A program made the translations under genes and the position numbers. From Candidatus Omnitrophota bacterium (GTDB lineage Bacteria; Omnitrophota; Gorgyraeia; JABMRN01; RBG-13-46-9): a DNA stretch of 64,000 nt. The stretch covers positions 10,942 through 74,941 of the forward strand of contig JAUWBJ010000001.1 in assembly GCA_030605095.1 (NCBI GenBank), given 5' to 3'. Below, piece by piece: positions 37,633 to 48,448 of the stretch (positions within the stretch are counted from its first letter, which is position 1; each line of letters begins with the position of its first letter). The notes under the pieces were generated by a model, which saw only the letters and a list, made by a program, of their open reading frames with translations, made no database searches and had not been told where the DNA came from.

Positions 37633-38969
37633 AAAAAGACCTAAAATATATCTGGCACCCTTATACGCAAATGAAGGATTGCCGGAGGTTTCCGCCTATT
37701 TTAATAGAACGGGCAAAAGGGGCAAAGCTTTACGACAATAGAGGAAACTTTTACTACGATACCATATCCAGCTGGTGGTGCAACGTGCACGGCCATAACC
37801 ATCCCAGGATAAAAAAAGCCATTAAAAAGCAACTGGATAATCTGGAGCATGTTTTATTCGCCGGTTTCACCCATAAAAGCGCGATTCTTTTAGCGGAGAA
37901 ACTCATTTCCATTACGCCAAAAAATTTGAAGAAAATATTCTTCTCCGACAATGGTTCGACAGCGGTTGAAACGGCGCTCAAGATATCTTTTCAGTATTGG
38001 CAGAATATGGGCAAGAGAAGAAAGACAAAATTTGTATCCCTGGACCGTGGGTATCACGGCGATACCATTGGCGCAATGAGCGTAAGCGGAGTAGGACTAT
38101 TTAATGAGGTATTCAGCCCTTTGTTTTTTTCATCCTTTAAGGTGCCTGCGCCATATTGCTATCGCTGCCCGGAAGGGAAGGGTATGCCTGATTGTAAAAT
38201 CGATTGCATAAAGCCGTTGGAAACCATACTGAAGAAGAAAAATAACGAAATCGCGGCGGTTATTTTAGAGCCCTTAATTATGGCTGCAGGTGGTATGATA
38301 ATCTATCCCAAGGAATATCTGAAAAGGGTGGCTGAACTTGCCAAAAGATATAATGTTCACCTGATACTCGATGAAGTGGCCACAGGTTTTGGCAGGACAG
38401 GCAGAATGTTCGCATGTGAGCACGTAAATATAAAACCCGACTTTATCTGCCTTTCTAAAGGCATAACATCTGGATATCTTCCGCTTGGCGCGACATTGAC
38501 TACTGAGGAAATCTATAGGGCGTTCTACGCCGATTATGAAGAGAAAAAGACATTTTTTCACGGCCATACCTATACCGCGAACCCGGTTTCATGTGCCGCG
38601 GCACTGGCAAGTTTATCGATTTTTAAGGAAGAGGGCACGCTAAGTAGAATCAAGGAATTAATACCCGCATTTCATAGTTATCTGGAGCGTTTTAGAGGCC
38701 TTTCCATCGTCGGTGATGTGCGATATATAGGCATGATAGGCGCTATAGAGTTAGTTAAAGACAAGATGACTAAGGAGCCGTTTGCCCTTAAGGAAAGAAT
38801 CGGGCTTATGATCTACGAAGAGGGCCTCAAGAGAAGGCTTATCTTGAGGCCTCTAGGGAACATTATATATCTAAATTTACTCTTATGTGTAAGGGAGGCC
38901 GAACTCAAGTTTATTCTTGAAGAGACTTTTCAAATTATTAAAGCATTTGACAATAATATCTCTATATGA
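37617..38969 (+). CDS. bioA: DAPA aminotransferase
   Basis: IWHPYTQM, SSWWC..HGH, DNGSTAVE, YHGDT.GAMS, DEVATGFGRTG, SKGITSGYLP, HGHTYT.NP. Confidence 0.95.
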   Translation: MDNWIKKDLKYIWHPYTQMKDCRRFPPILIERAKGAKLYDNRGNFYYDTISSWWCNVHGHNHPRIKKAIKKQLDNLEHVLFAGFTHKSAILLAEKLISITPKNLKKIFFSDNGSTAVETALKISFQYWQNMGKRRKTKFVSLDRGYHGDTIGAMSVSGVGLFNEVFSPLFFSSFKVPAPYCYRCPEGKGMPDCKIDCIKPLETILKKKNNEIAAVILEPLIMAAGGMIIYPKEYLKRVAELAKRYNVHLILDEVATGFGRTGRMFACEHVNIKPDFICLSKGITSGYLPLGATLTTEEIYRAFYADYEEKKTFFHGHTYTANPVSCAAALASLSIFKEEGTLSRIKELIPAFHSYLERFRGLSIVGDVRYIGMIGAIELVKDKMTKEPFALKERIGLMIYEEGLKRRLILRPLGNIIYLNLLLCVREAELKFILEETFQIIKAFDNNISI

Positions 38970-38975
38970 TATAAC
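38947..38975 (+). promoter_or_regulatory. Sigma70 promoter for nifU
   Basis: TTGACA-N17-TATAAC with TG extension. Confidence 0.6.
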
Positions 38976-38995
38976 GCCTTTAAGGAAAAAGAGAT

Positions 38996-39856
38996 ATGTG
39001 GAATTACACAGAAAAGGTAATAGAGCATTTCCGAAACCCGCGCAATGTAGGTGAAATTAAAAATCCCGATGCGATAGGGGAAGTGGGTAATATTATCTGC
39101 GGAGATGCCCTGCGCCTTACATTACGTATAGATAAAAAGACGGATAAAATTATAGATGCCAAGTTCCAGACCTTTGGCTGCGCAAGCGCCATTGCCGCTT
39201 CTTCAGCGCTTACCGAAATGGTTAAAGGCATGACAATCGAGAAAGCCTCTTCGGTTACCAACAGGGATATCGCTAATTATCTCGGTGGGTTACCGAATGA
39301 GAAAATGCATTGTTCTGTTATGGGTATGGAAGCCCTGGAGAAGGCAATTGATAATTATAGAGGGGCGCCTACAAAAAAGGAGATGATAGGTAAAGAAGAG
39401 ATTCTGTGTAAGTGTTTTAGCGTAACGGATAAAAAGATAATCCGCGCTATAAAAGAAAATAATTTAAAGACAGTGGAAGAGGTAACTAATTATACCAAAG
39501 CAGGAGGCGGATGCGGTAAATGCAAACCCGAGATAGAAAAATTGCTTAAGGAATTCTGGAGTAAGGAAGCTACGAAAATCAGGCGCCCGAAAAAAGATCT
39601 GGCAGGGAAAAAATCCACCAATTTAGAGCGAATATCTTTGATACAGGATACGATAGAAAGAGAAATACGGCCGAAGCTCAAGGCCGACGGGGGAGATATA
39701 GAGCTTGTGGATATAGACCGTAATAAGGTTTATGTAAAATTTTTAGGTACGTGCCTGGGGTGCCCGTCGACAGGAGTCACTTTAAAGAGCCTGGTAGAAT
39801 CGAAATTAAAGGAGTTTGTTGAAGGAGATATTGTGGTGGAAGAGGTTAAGGAATGA
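38996..39856 (+). CDS. nifU: Three-domain Fe-S scaffold NifU
   Basis: HF.NPRN, CGD, FGCASA, KMHCS, CKC...AGGGCGKC, DGGD, CLGCP. Confidence 0.93.
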   Translation: MWNYTEKVIEHFRNPRNVGEIKNPDAIGEVGNIICGDALRLTLRIDKKTDKIIDAKFQTFGCASAIAASSALTEMVKGMTIEKASSVTNRDIANYLGGLPNEKMHCSVMGMEALEKAIDNYRGAPTKKEMIGKEEILCKCFSVTDKKIIRAIKENNLKTVEEVTNYTKAGGGCGKCKPEIEKLLKEFWSKEATKIRRPKKDLAGKKSTNLERISLIQDTIEREIRPKLKADGGDIELVDIDRNKVYVKFLGTCLGCPSTGVTLKSLVESKLKEFVEGDIVVEEVKE

Positions 39857-41013
39857 GAGTGGTATACGTAGATAACAACGCAACAACAATGGTACCGCCG
39901 GAGGTCTTTGAGGCAATGAAACCTTTCTTGCAAGACCAATATGGAAACCCCTCCAGCATGCACGCTTTTGGCGGGAAAATTCATAAAAATATTGATAGCG
40001 CGAGAGAAAGTGTTGCGGATTTATTAGGCGTAAGTGATCCGCGAGAGATTATATTTACCAGTTGCGGCACGGAGAGCGATAACACCGCAATTATGAGCAC
40101 GTTAAGGTCGTACCCTGATAAAAAGCATATCATAACAACAAAAGTGGAACATCCGGCGGTGCTCAATTTGTGCAAGTATTTAGAAACAACCGGATATAGA
40201 GTAACATATCTAAATGTGGATAACGAAGGAATGATGGATTTAAGCGAACTTAAAAGTTCGATTGACGAAGATACAGCGCTTATCTCCATAATGTACGCGA
40301 ATAATGAAACGGGTGTGATTTTTCCCGTTGAGGAAATTGCCGAAATCGCGAGGACAAGAAAAGTTGTAGTTCACATCGACGCCGTACAGGCAGTAGGCAA
40401 GATTCCTTTTAAGTTAACCAAGCTGCCGGTAGACCTTCTCTCTCTATCCGGGCATAAGTTACATGCGCCAAAGGGGGTAGGGGCGCTTTATGTTCGTAAG
40501 GGGACAAGATTTACGCCATTTTTAATCGGCGGGCATCAGGAACACAGCCGTCGCGGAGGCACAGAAAATATCGCTTCTATCGTCGGATTAGGGGCGGCAT
40601 GCCGGTTAGCCGGGAAATCTATCGAAGAAGAGAAGGTGCGGATTAAAAATTTGCGTGACAAACTGGAAAATACACTTTTACAAGATGTACCAAGAGCAAG
40701 GTTAAACGGAAATAAAGAGAATAGGCTCCCCAACACATCGAACATAGGTTTTGAATTCATAGAAGGAGAGGCCATTTTACTTATGCTTGATGAAAAGGGC
40801 ATAGCGGCTTCCTCCGGTTCGGCATGTACATCAGGTTCTTTATCCCCTTCACATGTACTACGAGCTATGGGTATTCCGTTCACTTTTGTTCAAGGGTCTA
40901 TCCGCTTCAGTTTAAGCCGATACAATAACGAGAGTGACATAAATTATATCATTAAACACCTGCCCCCTGTTATAGAGCGGTTAAGAGGAATATCCCCCTA
41001 TCGCGCCTCTTAG
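39853..41013 (+). CDS. nifS: Cysteine desulfurase NifS
   Basis: DNNATT, NPSSMH, SCGTESDN, SGHK, SSGSACTS. Confidence 0.93.
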   Translation: MRVVYVDNNATTMVPPEVFEAMKPFLQDQYGNPSSMHAFGGKIHKNIDSARESVADLLGVSDPREIIFTSCGTESDNTAIMSTLRSYPDKKHIITTKVEHPAVLNLCKYLETTGYRVTYLNVDNEGMMDLSELKSSIDEDTALISIMYANNETGVIFPVEEIAEIARTRKVVVHIDAVQAVGKIPFKLTKLPVDLLSLSGHKLHAPKGVGALYVRKGTRFTPFLIGGHQEHSRRGGTENIASIVGLGAACRLAGKSIEEEKVRIKNLRDKLENTLLQDVPRARLNGNKENRLPNTSNIGFEFIEGEAILLMLDEKGIAASSGSACTSGSLSPSHVLRAMGIPFTFVQGSIRFSLSRYNNESDINYIIKHLPPVIERLRGISPYRAS

Positions 41014-41026
41014 AGAATTATAAAAA

Positions 41027-42094
41027 ATGAGAAAAAAAATTTTAGTAGCGATGTCGGGAGGCGTGGATTCTTCCGTTGCCTCGCTTTTGCTTAAAAGGAA
41101 TAATTTCGACGTAACAGGCGTTACGATGTGTTTTGGGATCAAAGGAGGGACGAAAGACAACGGAAAACCGAGATGCTGCGGACCCCGGGCGATAGAGGAT
41201 GCTAAGAGAGTATGCTACAAGTTGGATATCCCTCACTATGTGATGGATTTTTCAAAAGATTTGAGAAAACACGTAATTAATAAATTTATATCTGAGTATG
41301 CGAAAGGAAGAACGCCGAATCCGTGCATAGAGTGCAACAGATACTTAAAATTTGAAATCCTTCTTGAGAAAGCACAGCGTCTGGGCTTCGACTTTTTGGC
41401 GACAGGCCACTATGCAAAAATAGAGCAAGAGGGCCAAAATTTCCTTTTAAAAAAAGCGAAGGATAAGACGAAAGACCAGGCATATTTTCTGTATCCTATA
41501 AAGAAGAATAGGCTTAAATCAATAATGTTTCCCTTAGCCGATTTCACCAAAAAAGAGGTGAGGAAAATCGCTAATAATGCAGAATTGCCGGTAGCGCACA
41601 AGCCGGAGAGCCAGGATATATGCTTCATTCCCGAAAAGAATTACCATATGTTTCTTCTGGAGAGAATCGAGAAAACGTCTCCCGGCAAAATTGTAGATAC
41701 AAAAGGCAATTTTTTGGGCAAACACAAGGGGCTATTTTTCTATACGGTTGGGCAAAGGAAAGGCCTGGGCATAAGCTCTAAAAGGCCTCTCTATGTTGTT
41801 TCCACGGACGCGAAGAATAATGAAATTGTTGTCGGGGAGGAGAAGGATTTGAAAGCAAAGGGTTTTATAGCAAGTGATGTAAATATTCTTGTAGACAGGC
41901 TACCAAAGACCGCTTTTGCCAGGATACGCTATGCCGACAAAGAGGCCAAATGCGATATTTCGATAAAAGGTAAAAAACTTAAGATAATGTTTAAGAAACG
42001 AGAGTCCGCCATAACACCGGGGCAATCCGTTGTGCTTTACGGCGGCGACACTATTTTAGGCGGGGGGATAATAGAGGGGGTTTTACGTGGATAA
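41027..42094 (+). CDS. mnmA: tRNA 2-thiouridylase MnmA
   Basis: AMSGGVDSS, TPNPC..CN..KF, ATGHYA, KDQ.YFL, ESQDICF, TVGQRKG, PGQ. Confidence 0.95.
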   Translation: MRKKILVAMSGGVDSSVASLLLKRNNFDVTGVTMCFGIKGGTKDNGKPRCCGPRAIEDAKRVCYKLDIPHYVMDFSKDLRKHVINKFISEYAKGRTPNPCIECNRYLKFEILLEKAQRLGFDFLATGHYAKIEQEGQNFLLKKAKDKTKDQAYFLYPIKKNRLKSIMFPLADFTKKEVRKIANNAELPVAHKPESQDICFIPEKNYHMFLLERIEKTSPGKIVDTKGNFLGKHKGLFFYTVGQRKGLGISSKRPLYVVSTDAKNNEIVVGEEKDLKAKGFIASDVNILVDRLPKTAFARIRYADKEAKCDISIKGKKLKIMFKKRESAITPGQSVVLYGGDTILGGGIIEGVLRG

Positions 42095-43001
42095 GAAAAA
42101 CAAACTGGCCGGAAAAATCGATAGATTAAAGAAGAAGAGAAAAGCCGTCATATTAGTTCATAACTACCAGCTTCCCGAGATTCAGGATATCGCTGATTAT
42201 GTCGGCGATTCTTTGGCATTGAGCAGGACTGCCAGCCAAACCCGCGCTAAGATAATCATTTTTTGCGGGGTCCACTTTATGGCCGAGACAGCATCTATCC
42301 TTTGCCCTAATAAAAAAGTCCTCATGCCCGATATAAATGCCGGATGCCCCATGGCAGACATGATTACCAAGGAGGGTTTGAGAACTTTAAAAAAAGAACA
42401 TCCTCATGCAGCGGTAGTAGGCTATGTTAATACCAGCGCCGAAGTCAAAACAGAGCTCGATATCTGCTGCACGTCTACCAACGCAATCGAAATAGTAAAT
42501 TCATTGAAAAATACCAGAGAAATCATCTTCGTTCCCGATAAATATTTAGCTGACTATGCTTCCAAAAAAACCGGGCGTAAATTAATTGTCTGGGATGGAT
42601 ATTGCCCTAGCCACGTTAAGATTCTGCCCGAGCATATTTTAAAACAGAAGCGCCGCCACCCCAAAGCCAAAGTTATTGTCCATCCGGAATGCACCCCACC
42701 TGTTATCGACCTCGCCGACGAAGCCCTATCCACCGAAGGCATGTGCAAATACGCGAAGTTAACCGACGCCTCTCGGATAATTGTGGGTACAGAGATAGGC
42801 CTGCTCCATAGATTGCGGAAGGAAAACCCCAAAAAGAAATTCTACCCCGCTTCAGAAGAAGCCATATGCCCCAACATGAAGATGAATACATTAGAGAAGG
42901 TATTATGGTCGCTGGAAGACATGAAATACGAAGTCAAAGTGCCCGAGGACGTTCGAATTAAAGCCATAAAAGCGGTAGATAGAATGTGCCGGATCGGATG
43001 A
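42087..43001 (+). CDS. nadA: Quinolinate synthase A
   Basis: HNYQ, GDSL.L, CGVHFMAE, AGCPMA, YVNT, HPEC, CPNMK. Confidence 0.95.
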   Translation: MDKKNKLAGKIDRLKKKRKAVILVHNYQLPEIQDIADYVGDSLALSRTASQTRAKIIIFCGVHFMAETASILCPNKKVLMPDINAGCPMADMITKEGLRTLKKEHPHAAVVGYVNTSAEVKTELDICCTSTNAIEIVNSLKNTREIIFVPDKYLADYASKKTGRKLIVWDGYCPSHVKILPEHILKQKRRHPKAKVIVHPECTPPVIDLADEALSTEGMCKYAKLTDASRIIVGTEIGLLHRLRKENPKKKFYPASEEAICPNMKMNTLEKVLWSLEDMKYEVKVPEDVRIKAIKAVDRMCRIG

Positions 43002-43036
43002 AAAAAGTCTACATCCGGACTTTCGGATGCCAGATG
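42998..43036 (+). pseudogene. Orphan miaB 5' stub (attL-like), copy 1
   Basis: ATG overlaps nadA TGA; encodes MKKVYIRTFGCQM then ETPQ* (TAG 43049-43051); parallels MPKKIFIRSFGCQM at 61333. Confidence 0.85.
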
Positions 43037-43057
43037 GAAACACCACAATAGTAAAAT

Positions 43058-44320
43058 ATGAAGGTTAATAAAATATATACATTAATTTTTGTCTGCATGT
43101 TATTAAATCCCCATTTTGCGTATTCTGAAGAAGCAATTACATGGGAGGAATGCGTGCATATAGCTATTGGAAACAATCCAGAATTAATATCAGCAGCTGA
43201 AAAGATCAAACAAGCAAAAAAAGATAAAAATATTAATTTAAGCTCGATACTTCCCCAGATAGATAGCGCAGCAAGCACCAAGAGAGGAAAGACCTCGGGT
43301 AATAAGGCGGCAAATACTCATTCCTACAGCGTAACCGGTAAACAATTAGTTTTCGATGGATTTAAGACATACAGTGAAGTATCTAGTGCCCATAAAACCA
43401 TTCAGGCCGAAGAGTATAATTACGCCGTTACGTCTTCTAATATAAGATTGAATTTGAGAAATGCTTTTGTTAGCCTTATGAGAGCCGAGGAGCTGGTGAA
43501 TATTACAGAGAACATCGCCCGCCGCAGGCGTCAAAATCTTGAACTTGTTAAATTGCGATACGAAGGCGGAAGGGAACATAAAGGTGCCCTACTCACTGCC
43601 GAAGCGGATATGGCACAGGCAGAATTTGAAATTTCCCAAGCTAAAAGAAGCATTTCCTTATCACAAAGAGAATTATTTAAAGAACTCGGCCTTACTAAGA
43701 TGGAGCCAGTGAAAGCAAAAGGAGAATTCATCCTTGAGAAGGATTATACTGCTAAACCTGATCTGGATTTTCTTGCAAATACTACTCCGTTTCTCCAGGA
43801 ATTAATAGCAAAAAAAGAAGCTATACGTTATGATTTTCAGTCTGAAGTAGCTGATTTTTTTCCTGAAGTTTACCTGAATGCATCTCTTGGCAAAACAGGC
43901 GATAGCTTTCTACCCCAAAACGAAGAATGGTCAGCGGGTGCATCTATATCATTACCGCTATTTGAAGGCGGAAGCCGTCTAGCAGAAGTCTCTAAAGCCA
44001 AGTCCAAGCTCAATCAGGCAGAAGCTGATGAGCGAAGCGGAAGAGATAGCGTGCTAGTTACGTTAGAGAGGACATGGAAGAACCTACAGGATGCGATAAC
44101 GAATGTTTCCGTACAGAAAAAGTTCCTCAAAGCTAACGAAGAACGCGCGAAGATAACCAAAACTCAATACGAGAGCGGTTTAGCCTCGTTCAACGACTGG
44201 ATAATAATAGAAGACAATCTTGTCAATTCTCAAAAAGCATATTTAAATGCGGAGAACGATATGTTAATTGTTGAAGCTTACTGGATTCAGGCAATAGGAG
44301 GAACCTTAGAATATGATTAA
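43058..44320 (+). CDS. TolC-family outer membrane protein
   Basis: Signal peptide, A..NNPEL, Q.VFDGF, S.PLFEGG, Y..G..S. Confidence 0.88.
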   Translation: MKVNKIYTLIFVCMLLNPHFAYSEEAITWEECVHIAIGNNPELISAAEKIKQAKKDKNINLSSILPQIDSAASTKRGKTSGNKAANTHSYSVTGKQLVFDGFKTYSEVSSAHKTIQAEEYNYAVTSSNIRLNLRNAFVSLMRAEELVNITENIARRRRQNLELVKLRYEGGREHKGALLTAEADMAQAEFEISQAKRSISLSQRELFKELGLTKMEPVKAKGEFILEKDYTAKPDLDFLANTTPFLQELIAKKEAIRYDFQSEVADFFPEVYLNASLGKTGDSFLPQNEEWSAGASISLPLFEGGSRLAEVSKAKSKLNQAEADERSGRDSVLVTLERTWKNLQDAITNVSVQKKFLKANEERAKITKTQYESGLASFNDWIIIEDNLVNSQKAYLNAENDMLIVEAYWIQAIGGTLEYD

Positions 44321-45266
44321 GAATAGAACAAAACCAATAGCAGCTGTAGGGTTTTTAATAATTATTACTGTATTGTTTATCCGATGGAAGCAAGGAGGAA
44401 CGGAAGACAATCTTAAAACAAAGATAATAAATCCCATTATCGGAGATGTTGCCATAATGGTTACTACCACAGGAGTAATTGAGCCCCAAAACAGACTTGA
44501 GATAAAACCCTCTATCGGGGGAAGGATTGACGAAATTATAGTAAAGGAAGGGGACCATGTTAAAGAGGGCGAGATTCTGGCATGGATGAGCTCAACAGAA
44601 AGAGCCGCCCTCATAGATGCGGCACGTTCGCAAGGGGATGAGGCTTTACGTTACTGGAAAGATGCCTACAAAAAGACCCCCATTATTTCACCGCTTGATG
44701 GAGAAGTGATAGTTCGTGCAGTTGAGCCCGGTCAGACTGTTACGACATCTGATGCCGTTTTGGTTTTATCAGACCGGCTAGTGGTAAGCGCTCAGTTTGA
44801 CGAGACAGATATAGGCAGGATCAAAATAGGCCAGGACGCCTTTATAACATTGGATGCATATCCTGATGTCAAGATAGAAGGTATTGTCGATCATATAGCG
44901 TATGAATCCGAGATAGTTAATAATGTTACTATATATAATGTGGATATACTTCCGAAAGAAATGCCTGAAATTTTGCGCTCTGGTATGAGCGTTACCGCTC
45001 TAGTTGTAGAAAAAAAGAGAACCGATGTCACAACAATCCCTTCCAGTGCGATTCATTACGACGGTAAAAGACAGTTTGTCCTGCTGAAAACTAAAAGTGG
45101 AAAGACCGTTGAGAGTGATATTACTGTAGGCTTAAATAACGAAAAGATAGCCGAGGTGATTTCAGGTTTGAGCGTAGATGATAATGTTGTAATTCAAGAT
45201 ACTGCATATCTGCCGAAGAGAAAAAGTACTGGAACCAATCCGTTTATGCCTTCCAGGAGAAGATGA
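44313..45266 (+). CDS. MacA-like periplasmic adaptor subunit
   Basis: N-terminal TM, GRI..I.V.EGD.V..G, I.SP.DG.VI, DETDIG.IK.GQ, LRSGMS. Confidence 0.85.
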   Translation: MIKNRTKPIAAVGFLIIITVLFIRWKQGGTEDNLKTKIINPIIGDVAIMVTTTGVIEPQNRLEIKPSIGGRIDEIIVKEGDHVKEGEILAWMSSTERAALIDAARSQGDEALRYWKDAYKKTPIISPLDGEVIVRAVEPGQTVTTSDAVLVLSDRLVVSAQFDETDIGRIKIGQDAFITLDAYPDVKIEGIVDHIAYESEIVNNVTIYNVDILPKEMPEILRSGMSVTALVVEKKRTDVTTIPSSAIHYDGKRQFVLLKTKSGKTVESDITVGLNNEKIAEVISGLSVDDNVVIQDTAYLPKRKSTGTNPFMPSRRR

Positions 45267-47221
45267 TAGAGTTAAAAAATATATATAAGACATACGGCAA
45301 AGGCGACATCGCTGTTTGCGCCCTAAAGAATATCTCTCTGAAAATAAATCAGGGGGAATTTTTAGCAATAATAGGGCCATCCGGTTCCGGGAAGTCCACG
45401 CTCCTGCACATACTGGGATTTTTAGACCGTCCGGATAAAGGCTCATACAAGATTTTTGGCACTGACATTTCAAGATTATCTGACGATCAATCGGCGTATC
45501 TAAGAAATAGACTTGTCGGTTTTGTGTTTCAGCAGTTTCATTTGCTTCGAAGGACCAGTGCGCTAGAGAACGTAGAATTACCCCTTAGCTATTCCGGCGA
45601 AAGAGGCTTGCTTGAAAATGCGGTGCAAAAATTAGATTCCGTGGGATTAACCGAGCGCGCAAAACACCTGCCGAGTGAATTATCGGGCGGGGAGCAACAA
45701 AGGGTTGCGATAGCGCGCGCTTTAGTTAATAATCCACTAATAATTTTTGCTGATGAGCCCACAGGGAACCTCGATACCAAAAGCGAAGAGGAGATTGTTA
45801 AAATACTTAAAGGGTTAAATGACCGGGGCAAAACCATTATTATGGTAACGCACGAAAAGGAGATAGCCGGGCACGCAAAAAGAATTTTGACGATGCGTGA
45901 TGGCGAGATTATTTCAGACGAAAAAAAAGATAGAAGCAATATTTCAGGTGAAAGCAAAATATCTATCCAGAATATACTTAGCGAAACCCATTCGTATCTT
46001 GGCAAGATTGAATTCGCGGAGCATATTCGCCAGTCGTTTCGAGCTATTTTGACCAATAAAGTAAGGTCTTTTCTTTCAATGCTTGGGATTTTATTTGGTG
46101 TAGCCGCAGTTATAGCAATGCTGGCTCTTGGCCAGGGAGCCAAGGCTTCCATGGAGGCAAGGATTAAGAGCCTGGGCTCTAATCTCTTATCAATACAGGG
46201 TGGTTCGGGAAGAGCTAGAGGCGCAATGCGTGCCGCCGGTTCTGTAACACGTTTTATGCAAGGTGACATAGATGCTATCGCAGGTCTAAAACCCATGGTG
46301 AAAAGAGCAGCCGGGTATGCAAATGGAAGCGGGCAGATTGTATATATGAATGAAAACTGGAATACGCGGGTAGAGGGCGTAGGTTACGATTATGGTCAGA
46401 TGCGAGCTACTATCCCTGAAATTGGCAGATGGTTTACTAAAGAAGAGATAACCCGGCGCGATAAAGTAGTCATACTTGGATTGACAGTAGTGGATAAGCT
46501 TTTTGACAACCGAAATCCGATCGGTGAAACAGTAAAAATAAATCGTATAAATTTTAAGGTTATAGGCATTGTGCCCGAAAAGGGAGCTAGGGGCTGGCGC
46601 GATCAAGATGATATTATTTATATACCTCTTACAACAGCCATGTATAGGGTGCTGGGCAAAAATTATTTGGATGGTATTTATGCTGAAATAAGCGATGTCG
46701 AATCGATTGAAGAAGCAGAGAAAAGAATCAAGCAGCTTATTATAAAAAGGCATCGTATATCCCAAAACCCCGACGATTATTTTCATATGCATAATATGAG
46801 TGAATTTCAGGAAATGCTAACGAGCACGACGCAGACTATGAGTATTCTTTTAGGTTGCATCGCTTCGATATCTCTTTTGGTAGGTGGTATAGGAATTATG
46901 AATATAATGCTTGTCTCAGTTACGGAGCGTACGCGCGAAATCGGATTACGCAAAGCAGTTGGCGCACGAGGCAAAGATATAATGACCCAATTTCTTATTG
47001 AATCGATTGCTATGACTTTAAGCGGCGGCATTATAGGTATTTTGCTCGGTGTAGCAACCTCTATATTATTGTCATTATTGGTCGGATGGGCTACTAAAGT
47101 TACTATTTCAAATATTTTCCTTGCCGCTGGGTTTTCAATCGCCATAGGAATGTTTTTCGGTCTTTGGCCGGCAAAGAAAGCATCTGAACTCAATCCTATA
47201 GAGGCTTTAAGATATGAATGA
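45263..47221 (+). CDS. MacB-like ABC ATPase-permease fusion
   Basis: GPSGSGKST, LSGGEQQR, ADEPTGNLD, GGIGIMNIMLVSVTERTREIG, PIEALRYE. Confidence 0.92.
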   Translation: MIELKNIYKTYGKGDIAVCALKNISLKINQGEFLAIIGPSGSGKSTLLHILGFLDRPDKGSYKIFGTDISRLSDDQSAYLRNRLVGFVFQQFHLLRRTSALENVELPLSYSGERGLLENAVQKLDSVGLTERAKHLPSELSGGEQQRVAIARALVNNPLIIFADEPTGNLDTKSEEEIVKILKGLNDRGKTIIMVTHEKEIAGHAKRILTMRDGEIISDEKKDRSNISGESKISIQNILSETHSYLGKIEFAEHIRQSFRAILTNKVRSFLSMLGILFGVAAVIAMLALGQGAKASMEARIKSLGSNLLSIQGGSGRARGAMRAAGSVTRFMQGDIDAIAGLKPMVKRAAGYANGSGQIVYMNENWNTRVEGVGYDYGQMRATIPEIGRWFTKEEITRRDKVVILGLTVVDKLFDNRNPIGETVKINRINFKVIGIVPEKGARGWRDQDDIIYIPLTTAMYRVLGKNYLDGIYAEISDVESIEEAEKRIKQLIIKRHRISQNPDDYFHMHNMSEFQEMLTSTTQTMSILLGCIASISLLVGGIGIMNIMLVSVTERTREIGLRKAVGARGKDIMTQFLIESIAMTLSGGIIGILLGVATSILLSLLVGWATKVTISNIFLAAGFSIAIGMFFGLWPAKKASELNPIEALRYE

Positions 47222-47252
47222 AAAGGTTTATCTCCGCAATTTTGGATGACCG
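47214..47252 (+). repeat. miaB-5' derived junction, copy 2
   Basis: ATG AAT GAA AAG GTT TAT CTC CGC AAT TTT GGA TGA CCG = MNEKVYLRNFG*P, overlapping the macB stop. Confidence 0.75.
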
Positions 47253-47265
47253 TACGTAAGTGAAA

Positions 47266-48438
47266 ATGAAAAACTCAATTAAATTTTTAATCATTGGCGG
47301 TGTATTTTTAGGGTTTTATTATTTACCTATTGAATTATTACCTTTTCGAAACCCTATATTTGAAGCGCTAGCTTTGGCTAAGTGGTATGCCAGAGAACAT
47401 GTATTATTGTGTTTAGTGCCAGCTTTCTTTATAGCAGGAGCAATATCTGTTTTTGTAAGCCAGGCAGCTGTTATTAAGTATTTTGGAGCGAAGGCCAAGA
47501 AGATATTAGCTTACAGCGTAGCATCTGTGTCTGGAAGCATATTAGCTGTTTGTTCCTGTACGGTCCTGCCTCTATTTTCAGGTATTTATAAGCGCGGAGC
47601 CGGCTTAGGGCCCGCTATCGCATTTCTCTATTCCGGCCCTGCCATCAATGTATTAGCTATAATTTTTACAGCTAAAGTTTTAGGATGGGAGCTTGGCCTT
47701 GCAAGGGCAATAGGAGCAGTAGTCTTTAGTGTAATTATCGGTTTTTTAATGCATCTAATATTTATTAAAGAAGAAAGACGGCGTCACGCAGAAGGTAACT
47801 TTTCAGTACCCGAAGAAGAAGCATCAAGACCATTATGGAAAAACGCAATATATTTTGCCTCTATGGTTGGGATTTTAGTATTTGCTAATTGGACAAAATC
47901 CGGTTCATCAAATACGGGAATATGGGTAAACATATATCATTCTAAATGGATAATTACATCTTTTTTTGTGGTAGTATTGGCAGTAATATTGATAAGCTGG
48001 TTTAAGAAAGACGAGCTTGGCAAGTGGGTAAAGTCCAGCTGGGAATTCGTTCTTCAAATACTACCTTTACTTCTTTTCGGAGTATTAGTTGCGGGATTTC
48101 TTCTTGGCAGGGTAGGGCATGAAGGCATAATTCCCTCAAGATTTGTTGCACGATTAGTCGGAGGTAATTCATTATTTGCCAATTTCTTTGCTTCAATATT
48201 TGGCGCATTTATGTATTTTGCTACACTTACAGAAGTGCCTATACTACAAGGCTTAATTGGTGCAGGCATGGGCAAAGGTCCTGCATTGGCGTTATTATTG
48301 GCAGGTCCGGCATTGAGTTTGCCTAGTATGCTTGTAATCCGAAGTGTTATAGGAACGAAAAAAACTATCGTGTATATATTATTGGTTATTATTATGGCTA
48401 CTCTAAGCGGGATTTTATTTGGAATTATAGTTACATAA
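47266..48438 (+). CDS. DUF318/ArsP-family permease
   Basis: EHVLLCLVPAFFIAG, VCSCTVLP, FL.SGPAIN, YFATLTEVP, GPALSLP. Confidence 0.85.
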   Translation: MKNSIKFLIIGGVFLGFYYLPIELLPFRNPIFEALALAKWYAREHVLLCLVPAFFIAGAISVFVSQAAVIKYFGAKAKKILAYSVASVSGSILAVCSCTVLPLFSGIYKRGAGLGPAIAFLYSGPAINVLAIIFTAKVLGWELGLARAIGAVVFSVIIGFLMHLIFIKEERRRHAEGNFSVPEEEASRPLWKNAIYFASMVGILVFANWTKSGSSNTGIWVNIYHSKWIITSFFVVVLAVILISWFKKDELGKWVKSSWEFVLQILPLLLFGVLVAGFLLGRVGHEGIIPSRFVARLVGGNSLFANFFASIFGAFMYFATLTEVPILQGLIGAGMGKGPALALLLAGPALSLPSMLVIRSVIGTKKTIVYILLVIIMATLSGILFGIIVT

Positions 48439-48448
48439 AGGAGAAAAA

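Noticed and set aside
18811-41013. Nitrogen fixation inferred from NifX-like, nifU and nifS genes
   Set aside because: No nifHDK; these families are common in non-diazotrophic anaerobes.
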